Below are positions 9,272 through 16,616 of a stretch of DNA of 23,631 bases, piece after piece (position 1 is the stretch's first letter; each line of letters begins with the position of its first letter). This DNA comes from a candidate division FCPU426 bacterium (GTDB lineage Bacteria; Oederibacteriota; Muellerivitia; Muellerivitales; Muellerivitaceae). Both the position numbers and the translations under genes were made by a program. Location: contig CAWHOE010000048.1 of assembly GCA_963830915.1 (NCBI GenBank), positions 1 to 23,631 of the forward strand, written 5' to 3'. Under the pieces are notes generated by a model, which saw only the letters and a list, made by a program, of their open reading frames with translations, was not told the DNA's origin and did no database searches.

Positions 9272-9926
9272 TTGGGCCATTTGTTCCAAAAAAGCTATTG
9301 GGAAAGAAAAGCGCTCGAACAAAGAAGGCCTCCGGACCATCTGGTGGTCCGGCACTACGCCTCCTCCAAGATCGCCCAGATCCAAAAGAGCGTCCCCATT
9401 GAAAAAAACACCCGTTCTTCTGGATGTGGGTTGTGGGAATGGTTTTTTTTCCGCACCTTTCTCCGGAATCTGCGAAACGGTCGGGGTGGACTACTCCGCC
9501 AAGATGCTCGCTCAAAATCCCATCGAAAATAAAGTCCTGATGGACGCTCAGCACCTTTGCTTCCAAGACCTTTCTTTCGACGTGGTTTTCTGTCACGCCC
9601 TTCTTCATCACGTGGAGGATATGGACGGGGTTCTAACGGAGATGCGGCGGGTTTCCCGAAGATATGTGGTGGTGTTGGAGCCCAACCGAGCCAATCCCCT
9701 GATGTTCCTCTTTTCGGCGATGGTCCCGGAGGAACGTAAAGCCCTGGATTTTTCCCTTGGCTATTTAAAAGGGAAAATGGAAAAGAACCGATTGAAGGTG
9801 ATCGCGGCCTTTTCCCACGGGATGACGGTCCCCAATAAGACCCCGGGATTCCTACTACCTCTGATAAAGTTATTGGATTTTAACCAGCCCCTGGGAATGA
9901 CCAATATCCTCATCGGCCAAAGATAA
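9272..9926 (+). CDS. Class I SAM-dependent methyltransferase, apparent frameshift near 9402-9417
   Basis: LLDVGCGNG, GVDYS, DAQHL.F.D.SFDVV, LLHHV, EPN. The upstream frame (YWERKALEQRRPPDH...IEKNTR) joins if one base is removed. Start codon uncertain (TTG 9272 or 9281). Confidence 0.8.
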
Positions 9927-9949
9927 TCCTTCTCGACGATCGAGAAGGG
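9927..9949. terminator. Hairpin between convergent methyltransferase and HAD genes (possible terminator)
   Basis: CCTTCTCGA-cga-TCGAGAAGG 9-bp perfect stem just after the methyltransferase stop; no adjacent U-tract. Confidence 0.4.
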
Positions 9950-9990
9950 ATCCTACGCTTTCCCTTTTTCAAAAATCGAGATGGAATCCT

Positions 9991-10662
9991 TCAAACCGGC
10001 AGGCGGAGAGACTCGATCTTGTGCAGTAGGCTTTCCAGGGATAGGTCGGCCATGGATTCGATGCGCAGGTCGGCGTGTTCCAGGTTCAGCTGGATCGTGA
10101 CGCTATTGGGTACGGCCACGCAGAAAATGCCGGCGGCCAGGGCGGCCGTGATACCGTTGGGCGAATCCTCGAAAACCACCGCGTTCTGAGGGTCCACCTC
10201 CATGGTCGTGAGGGTCAGGTTATAAAGTTCCGGGTCAGGCTTCACGTTGGTGACATCGTCGGCGGTCCGGATGGAATGGAAGCGGGATGCCAAGCCCAGA
10301 CGGGATAAATGGCCCATCACCCAATCCTGATGGGAACTGGAAGCGACGGCCAAAGCGATCTTGTTCTTGCGGGCCTCTTCCAGGTATTCCACAACACCGG
10401 GCCTGGGGGGCAGGACATCGATGAGCTCGAGCATCCTCTTTCGGTGTCTGTCTCGGATCTCTGTTTTGTCCACCGAGCGGCCGATTCGGGTTTCCAGATA
10501 AGAGAATACATCGAACGCGTTATGGGATGTGCCGATACAAAAGGCCCACTCGGCGAGGGGAAGATGGCTCCCATAAGATTGGAAGATCTCGGTCCAGGCC
10601 TGGAAGATGGCCGTTTCTGTGTCCAGGATGAGTCCGTCAAAATCGAATATGAGCAGTTCCAA
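9991..10662 (-). CDS. HAD-superfamily hydrolase, subfamily IA
   Basis: Motif I FDFDGLILDTE, motif II ASSS, motifs III/IV KPDP and FEDSPNG. Confidence 0.93.
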   Translation of the reverse strand: MELLIFDFDGLILDTETAIFQAWTEIFQSYGSHLPLAEWAFCIGTSHNAFDVFSYLETRIGRSVDKTEIRDRHRKRMLELIDVLPPRPGVVEYLEEARKNKIALAVASSSHQDWVMGHLSRLGLASRFHSIRTADDVTNVKPDPELYNLTLTTMEVDPQNAVVFEDSPNGITAALAAGIFCVAVPNSVTIQLNLEHADLRIESMADLSLESLLHKIESLRLPV

Positions 10663-10774
10663 ATGAAAATCCCAGTTTTAAGTTTGTAGTTCTCAGTATT
10701 TAGTTATACGGTTTTTTCGCTCCAAAGGTTGGGTTACACTATTCCAACCGAAATCAAAGAACAAGGGCCTATTT

Positions 10775-11566
10775 GTGAAAAAAATGAATGGCAAACCGAT
10801 CGTTCTGGATGTGGAGAACATCACCTTGGCCTTCGGCGGCTTGGTGGCGGTGGATGATTTTTCCCTGGTCCTTCATGAGGGCGAACTGACGGGTCTGATC
10901 GGGCCCAATGGCGCGGGAAAGACTACGGTATTCAATATCCTTTCCGGCATCTACCGGCCACAGGCGGGAGATATCAGGGCATTCGGTAAACCCATCCTGG
11001 GCCTCAAACCCCACCAGATCACCCATCTGGGTTTGGTGCGTACTTTCCAGAATATCCGTCTTTTCAAGGAATTGACGGTCGAAACCAATATCAAGGTCGC
11101 GTTCCATCATACTCAACCCTACGGACTAGGTGCGGCTTTGACCCGGACTGGGCGGTTCATGGAAGCGGAAGCAGGCATCGAATCCCGGACGGACAGGCTC
11201 ATGGAAGTCCTGGAGCTCACTCATCGGAAAGGTATCCTGGCAGGCGCCCTTCCTTATGGCGACCAAAAAAAACTAGAGATCGCCCGGGCGCTGGCCACGG
11301 GCGCGCGGGTGCTTTTACTGGATGAACCAGCCGCTGGCATGAATCCACAGGAATCCCATTGGTTGATGCAGGCCATCCAACGCTTACGGAAGGAATTCCA
11401 ACTTTCGGTTCTTCTGATCGAGCATGACATGAAGGTAGTCATGGGGATATGTGAAAGGATCTATGTCATGGATCACGGGGTGAGGATCGCTGAAGGCACT
11501 CCCCAAGAGATCCAGGAAGACCCGATCGTCATTGAGGCCTACTTAGGCATGAAGAGGAAGAAATGA
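10775..11566 (+). CDS. livG: Branched-chain amino acid ABC transporter ATP-binding protein
   Basis: FGGLVAVD, Walker A GPNGAGKTT, RTFQNIRLF, LPYG.QKKLEIARAL, LLLDEPAAGMN, IEHDM, VIEAYLG. Confidence 0.92.
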   Translation: MKKMNGKPIVLDVENITLAFGGLVAVDDFSLVLHEGELTGLIGPNGAGKTTVFNILSGIYRPQAGDIRAFGKPILGLKPHQITHLGLVRTFQNIRLFKELTVETNIKVAFHHTQPYGLGAALTRTGRFMEAEAGIESRTDRLMEVLELTHRKGILAGALPYGDQKKLEIARALATGARVLLLDEPAAGMNPQESHWLMQAIQRLRKEFQLSVLLIEHDMKVVMGICERIYVMDHGVRIAEGTPQEIQEDPIVIEAYLGMKRKK

Positions 11567-12284
11567 ACGAACCGCTTTTGGAAATAAAGGGTCTGACCGT
11601 CTATTACGATTCCATCCAGGCGCTAAGGGAAGTCAGCTTGGAGGTGGATAAAGGGTCGATCGTCTGTTTGATCGGCGCCAACGGAGCGGGTAAATCCACG
11701 GTACTTCGCGCCATATCCGGGATCAAGAGGCCGACCGGGGGGAGATCCTATTCAACGCCATGTCGATCAGGGAGTTTGAACCCCATCAACTGGTGAGATT
11801 AGGGATCGTGCAATGCCCAGAAGGAAGGGGCGTGTTCCCTAATTTAAGCGTGGATGAGAATCTTGAACTGGGCGCATATATCCGCCGGGACCTTGGCGGG
11901 ATCAAAAAAGACAAGGAACATGTTTTTTCCATTTTCCCCAGGCTTCAAGAACGTCATAAACAATTGGCCGGGACCCTTTCGGGCGGGGAACAACAGATGC
12001 TGGCCATCGGCAGGGCCTTGATGGCCAGGCCAAAATTACTTCTTTTGGATGAGCCGTCACTTGGATTGGCCCCCCAAGTCACCGAGTTGATCTTTGAGAC
12101 CATCGAGCGGATCAACAAGGAAGGAACCACCATCCTTTTGGTCGAACAGAACGCTCAATTGGCTTTGGAAGCGTCCCATTACGCCTATGTGCTTGAAACA
12201 GGCAGTCTTTTGTTGGAAGGGGACGCGACCCAACTACTTGAAAACCCGAAAGTGAAACAAGCCTATTTGGGAGAAAGGGTATGA
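11563..12284 (+). CDS. livF: Branched-chain amino acid ABC transporter ATP-binding protein, frameshifted in a G run at 11737-11742
   Basis: 5' part has GANGAGKST; 3' part has PEGRGVF, LSGGEQQMLAIGRALM, LLLDEPSLGLAP, VEQNA. Adding one G to GGGGGG restores PTGGEILFNAMSI. ATGA overlap with livG. Confidence 0.9.
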
Positions 12285-12388
12285 ATGAGGTTGAGCGGTA
12301 AAAATCCACTGGGCTTGTTTCGTGTATGTAAAACAGGGAAATGGGTTGAGTTCTTTCGGTTTTGTTCGTTTTCCCTTAATTTTTTTGA

Positions 12389-12397
12389 TGATATAAT
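12389..12397 (+). promoter_or_regulatory. Extended -10 sigma70-type promoter element (TGATATAAT)
   Basis: TGnTATAAT consensus in an AT-rich intergenic region ~125 nt upstream of the first TPR gene; the same 9-mer precedes the next TPR gene. Confidence 0.6.
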
Positions 12398-12520
12398 TAC
12401 GCGTTGAGTCAATGGGGCGTCTGTCCACGCCCTCAATACAATCGAAAGCGGTTTTTTATTTCTCCGTGGCCGATCCAGAACCAAAACCGCTCACCTCAAA
12501 AAATTTTCAGGAGACTATTT

Positions 12521-13465
12521 ATGAAACAATTCGTTTCGCTGTTCATCGCGTTTTTGATGTTGCTGCCATCGACCCAGGTTTTCGCCCAGGCTTCAGCGGC
12601 CCAGTATCTGGCGGCCGGGAACCAGTTTTACGCTGCCAAGGACTATAACAAGTCCCTTCTCTATTATCAGGCGGCGGCCCAGATGGACCCGCAGAACGCC
12701 GCGGCTCAACAGGGCTTGGGAAACTCCTATTATGTTCTGGGGCGAAAACAGGAAGCCCTGGCGGCTTATGAAAAGGCGGTCGCCATCAATCCGAATAACG
12801 CCCAGCTTAGCGCCTTTGTCCAGACCTTGCGGGCGCAGGTCGGTTCGGCGCCTCCCGCCGCCTCAACCTCTCTTGGCATGAAAGTGGGGAACTCAGCGCC
12901 GGCGAAGAATTTCGAATTGGGGGTTCGGGCTGGGGCTGATGTGGGAGCCAGTTCAGGTTACGGTTTGGGTATCGGGGGCGGTGTGAGCGGCTTTTATTTG
13001 AGCGATGAGCACCTGTCTTTTGGGGGAATGATCAGTTTTTATTCCTTCAGTTCCTCGGCCAGCGAATCAGGTTACTATGAGACCCAAAGCTACACCTTGG
13101 GAACCGAGACGGTCACTTCGAATGTCAGTTTGGGAAGTCTGGAAATCTTGGCCGCCGTGAAGTACAAGTTCGAAGGGAACGGCATCAAACCCTTTTTGCT
13201 TGGGGGCGCGGGATTATCAGCCCTTATGTCCAGCTCTTCCGTTTCAGTGAGTTACAACTCTGGCGCTCCTTTACTTTCGGTCCCCTCGACGTCCACTCCT
13301 GGTTCAACCTCCATGAACCCTATGATCTCGGTTGGGGCGGGAGGGGAATTCTCGGCGGGCCAAGACATGGGTGTCTTCGTTCAAGGAAGATATAGCGTGG
13401 TTTTTGGTAATGGCGGTACGTTCTCCTATGCTCCGCTCGAGGTGGGCGTGAGTTTTAATATGTAA
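12521..13465 (+). CDS. Secreted TPR protein with C-terminal outer-membrane beta-barrel
   Basis: AGGAG RBS; signal peptide ending QVFA; TPRs (GNQFY...YQAA, QGLGNSYY...AYEKA.AINP.N); Pro/Ala/Ser linker; amphipathic strands with KPFLLGGAG, VGAGGEF, FVQGRY, PLEVGVSFNM. Confidence 0.8.
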   Translation: MKQFVSLFIAFLMLLPSTQVFAQASAAQYLAAGNQFYAAKDYNKSLLYYQAAAQMDPQNAAAQQGLGNSYYVLGRKQEALAAYEKAVAINPNNAQLSAFVQTLRAQVGSAPPAASTSLGMKVGNSAPAKNFELGVRAGADVGASSGYGLGIGGGVSGFYLSDEHLSFGGMISFYSFSSSASESGYYETQSYTLGTETVTSNVSLGSLEILAAVKYKFEGNGIKPFLLGGAGLSALMSSSSVSVSYNSGAPLLSVPSTSTPGSTSMNPMISVGAGGEFSAGQDMGVFVQGRYSVVFGNGGTFSYAPLEVGVSFNM

Positions 13466-13666
13466 TCTCTGAAAAAGTCGGCTTACGCCTTTTTTCAGAA
13501 AAACATAAAAGTAACCCCACGATTTCCTGCGGAAATCTTTGTCCTCCATTGCGTTTTAACGCAATGGAACCTAGGACAATGCCGATCTCTTTATAAGTAT
13601 TAAAAGATAATCGGCATGGGGTCAAGACCTCTGATTGTCGCTTTATCCAAGTTTTTCAGAGATCTA
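13465..13666. mobile_element. Putative MITE-like non-autonomous insertion with internal four-way junction
   Basis: ATCTCTGAAAAA (13465-13476) and TTTTTCAGAGAT (13652-13663) form a perfect 12-bp IR extending imperfectly to ~24 bp; AATATGTAAT is repeated directly at 13457-13466 and 13667-13676. Confidence 0.6.
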
Positions 13667-13688
13667 AATATGTAATTTAATGAATCTC

Positions 13689-13726
13689 AAACCCCGGTTC
13701 GTTTAAACGTTCCGGGGTTTTTTATT
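13689..13726 (+). terminator. Rho-independent terminator
   Basis: AAACCCCGG...CCGGGGTTT GC-rich stem followed by TTTTTTATT. Confidence 0.8.
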
Positions 13727-13762
13727 GCTCGAATCAATCCGTTATCCGGTCCTCAAGACGGG

Positions 13763-13771
13763 TGATATAAT
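13763..13771 (+). promoter_or_regulatory. Extended -10 promoter element (TGATATAAT)
   Basis: TGnTATAAT consensus downstream of the terminator and ~50 nt upstream of ATG 13820. Confidence 0.6.
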
Positions 13772-13819
13772 AAAAAAGTAGTTCGGTCGAATAACTTCTT
13801 ATTTTGAAGGTTCCGGAAC

Positions 13820-14218
13820 ATGCGGTATAAAAAAATAATATTCATTTCGTTCTTGTTATTCGGGATGACTGGTTGGGTCTGGGCTCAGAACGATCATTAT
13901 CCTGAATTCATGGAAATGGCCAATAAGGCCTACGCCGATAAAAAAATTGACCTGGCCCTGACCTATTACCAAGCGGCCGCTGACGATAACGAGGACTATT
14001 GGCCGGCCTATCAAGGCCTGGGAAGTTGTTATTACTTGAAGGGAAAGAAAAAAGAGGCGTTGAAGGCCTTTGAGAAAGCCCTTTCGCTGAATCCTGATAA
14101 TCCTCAGATCTCACGTTTCGTTCAAGCTTTGCGAAAATTGCTGGGTTTGGCCCCTTTACCCACACCGACGCCCACAGCCATACCTGTCATGCCGACGGTA
14201 GTCCCGGTTACCCAATAG
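13820..14218 (+). CDS. Small secreted TPR protein with Pro/Thr-rich tail
   Basis: Signal peptide ending WVWA; TPRs (ANKAY...YYQAA, YWPAYQGLGSCYY...AFEKALSLNPDN); tail LPTPTPTAIPVMPTVVPVTQ. Confidence 0.82.
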   Translation: MRYKKIIFISFLLFGMTGWVWAQNDHYPEFMEMANKAYADKKIDLALTYYQAAADDNEDYWPAYQGLGSCYYLKGKKKEALKAFEKALSLNPDNPQISRFVQALRKLLGLAPLPTPTPTAIPVMPTVVPVTQ

Positions 14219-14294
14219 TATCCAAACCGCATAAGCGCAAGAAACGAAATGTTTTTCCACCCCATTCGAACGGTCTAAGCCATAATTGAATCCC

Positions 14295-15134
14295 ATGAAA
14301 AAGACTCGATTGTTTTGGTCATTCCTGCCGATCTTTTTGGCTATGGTTTTAACAGCCTGGGCCGAACCTCATTACCCCCAATATATGCTTCTGGCCAACC
14401 AAGCCTTTGAGGAGAAGGATTACGACGAGGCCGTGACCCAATACCAGAAAGCTCTGGCTGATCGGCCTGATTTTTGGCCGGCCTATCAAGGCATTGGTAA
14501 TTGTTATTTACGACAGGATAAATCCCAACTGGCACTGGATGCCTACGAAAAAGCCTTGAGCCTGGACCCGGACAGCGCCATCCTTAAGAAGAAGGTCAAG
14601 AATCTTCGCGATAAACTTTATCCTGCTACTCCCACCCCGGTCCCAACTCCCAAGCCCAACCTGGGACACCGATTCCTGGGATTGGGCCTGGGGGCCGACA
14701 TCCCGGCCCAGGGTTTGAGCGGTCATTATGGAGTGGGATCGGGCATGGAGTTTTTCGTAGGTTATACGGAGGACGACCGTTGGGGACTCCTGATCACGGC
14801 TTCGGCCTATTCTTTTTCCTCCAGCCAGACGAACGATCCCGCGGACGGCCTAGAGATCGTACCAGCCATCAAATATCGATTCGATATGAATGGGATCAAG
14901 CCCTATATCACCGAGGGTGTGGGTTTGAACATCAACTTGTCCAATTCGAACAATGTGTTTTCGACCACGTTCACATCCCAATCCCAATACCTTTTGCAAA
15001 GCGGTTTGGGGGTGGAGATACCAGCCGCGCCGAAAGCCAGGCTCTTTATCGAGGTTAAATATAATTATGTCTTCTCGCCGTCCGTTCTGGTATTCGTTCC
15101 CTTGAACGCGGGCATGGTCTTCGATCTTCCCTGA
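14295..15134 (+). CDS. Secreted TPR protein with PT linker and C-terminal outer-membrane beta-barrel
   Basis: Signal peptide ending TAWA; FWPAYQGIGNCY...AYEKALSLDPD; PATPTPVPTPKP linker; barrel strands IKYRF, IKPYITEGVG, GLGVEI, FIEVKY, VPLNAGMVFDLP. Confidence 0.8.
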   Translation: MKKTRLFWSFLPIFLAMVLTAWAEPHYPQYMLLANQAFEEKDYDEAVTQYQKALADRPDFWPAYQGIGNCYLRQDKSQLALDAYEKALSLDPDSAILKKKVKNLRDKLYPATPTPVPTPKPNLGHRFLGLGLGADIPAQGLSGHYGVGSGMEFFVGYTEDDRWGLLITASAYSFSSSQTNDPADGLEIVPAIKYRFDMNGIKPYITEGVGLNINLSNSNNVFSTTFTSQSQYLLQSGLGVEIPAAPKARLFIEVKYNYVFSPSVLVFVPLNAGMVFDLP

Positions 15135-15200
15135 CGCCCTTGCTTTGACCCCTTCGCCCCTTTAAGATGACCCTTCATTTTCAATATTGGGGAGTGGTCC

Positions 15201-16616
15201 TTGTCCTTCACGCAGAATAAGATCTTCAGGTTCCTGGCCTCCATCCAGTTGGCGGCTCCCATGATCCTGTTTCTGGCCCTGATGCTGGCGACCGGAACGG
15301 TAGTGGAATCGATCTATTCCACCGCGGTGGCCAAACGATTCGTTTATGGCACCTGGTGGTTCGCCGGCTTCTTGCTGATCCTGGGGGTCAATGTCCTTTG
15401 CTCCGCCCTCTCCCGATACCCCTGGAAAAAATATCAAACCGGTTTCGTCATCACCCACCTGGGAATCCTCATCGTCCTGGCAGGCGCCTTAGTGACCCAA
15501 CAGTTAGGAACGGATGGGCAGATCGCCCTGGGCGAAGGGGAACAAGGGAACACCTACCAAGAGGATAAGCCCACCCTTTATTATCAGATCGCGGATGGCC
15601 CGGTTGGACAGGCGCCGGCCGCCTTTACCTTTCGCCCGCCGAATCCCGACCGTCCGCTTATGATCAACCTGTCCGATGGCGGAGTCCTGATGGTGGATCA
15701 GTTCTTGCTGAACGCGCAAAAGAGGGTCGAGGCTCGAACGCCCGATAAAGGGGAGGCGGGTGTTCCCGCCATTCACCTGGCGTTGGATAGTTCCTTTGTC
15801 CATGAAAACCAATGGTTGTTCTTGGGCGACCCGGACCGAAGTCATCTGGACCTGGGCCCGGCCTCCGTTTTCTTTGAGAAGGAATCTGATTGGAAGAAAA
15901 GGACTAAAACCGGGGATAAAGAAGTGGGAATGAACGCCCTGGCGGTCTTGGTTTGTCCTGATGGAAGCCTGAAATACCAGACCCGCCATCGGGGTGAGTT
16001 CGGCCCGTTGGAGGCCATGCAAGTGGGAAAGGATTATCCCACCCAATGGATGGACATGATGGTCAAGGTACAGGAACGGCTGTCAACTGCCGTGCCGATG
16101 GAATCCTTCGATCCTGAACCACTCCCCAATCAAAAGGACCCGGAACCGGCGATCCATTACGAAGTCATCCATTTCCCGGATAAAAAAGAGGGCTGGCTCG
16201 GTTACCAGGCGCAGGCCAACGTCCCTTTAGCCGCCACGTCCATCTCCCTGGCTTACGGCCCAAAGCAGGGGACTTTGCCCTTTTCCCTCCAACTGCGAAA
16301 ATTCCATTTGGGTTATGATCCCGGGACCGAAAAGCCAGCTTCTTATGCCAGTGATATTTATTACATCGATCCCGAGAAAGGGGTCCAGGTTCCCGCCGAG
16401 ATCCATATGAACCATCCCCTTCATTTCAAGGGATACACTGTTTTCCAGGCCAGTTATTCGACCGATAACTCCGGGAAATTCATCTCGGTCTTCTCCGTGG
16501 GGAGGGACCCGGGCATCTGGTTGAAGTACGGAGGGGCTTTAGTGCTCGTTTTCGGGATCATTCTCATGTTCTGGTTCAAGAATCCAGCCTGGAAAAAGAG
16601 GGAGAATCATGCCTAA
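15201..16616 (+). CDS. Cytochrome c biogenesis protein ResB/CcsB-like (system II)
   Basis: FLAS..LA, GTVVES, VYGTWWF, GFVITHLG (TM His), large soluble domain, MNHPL.FKGY.VFQASY, DPG..LKY.G and a C-terminal TM. Confidence 0.85.
   Translation: MSFTQNKIFRFLASIQLAAPMILFLALMLATGTVVESIYSTAVAKRFVYGTWWFAGFLLILGVNVLCSALSRYPWKKYQTGFVITHLGILIVLAGALVTQQLGTDGQIALGEGEQGNTYQEDKPTLYYQIADGPVGQAPAAFTFRPPNPDRPLMINLSDGGVLMVDQFLLNAQKRVEARTPDKGEAGVPAIHLALDSSFVHENQWLFLGDPDRSHLDLGPASVFFEKESDWKKRTKTGDKEVGMNALAVLVCPDGSLKYQTRHRGEFGPLEAMQVGKDYPTQWMDMMVKVQERLSTAVPMESFDPEPLPNQKDPEPAIHYEVIHFPDKKEGWLGYQAQANVPLAATSISLAYGPKQGTLPFSLQLRKFHLGYDPGTEKPASYASDIYYIDPEKGVQVPAEIHMNHPLHFKGYTVFQASYSTDNSGKFISVFSVGRDPGIWLKYGGALVLVFGIILMFWFKNPAWKKRENHA

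Noticed and set aside
9201..9611. Upstream part of the 205-aa minus ORF 8994..9611
   Set aside because: Antisense to the methyltransferase; only the last 68 aa follow a credible RBS.
11737..11742. Programmed ribosomal frameshift in livF
   Set aside because: No canonical slippery heptamer or stimulatory structure seen, no precedent I know of for LivF, and other indels in the window point to sequencing error.
12404..12520. 39-aa N-terminal extension of the first TPR gene shown in the ORF track
   Set aside because: ATG 12521 has an AGGAG RBS and starts a clean signal peptide; the extension covers the predicted leader.
13514..13622. Cloverleaf as a tRNA, or as a retron msr-msd
   Set aside because: No T-loop (GTTCGA), D-loop GG, 7-nt anticodon loop or 7-bp acceptor stem; no reverse transcriptase gene nearby.
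13465..13726. CRISPR array
   Set aside because: The hairpins differ in sequence; there are no regularly spaced direct repeats with spacers and no cas genes.
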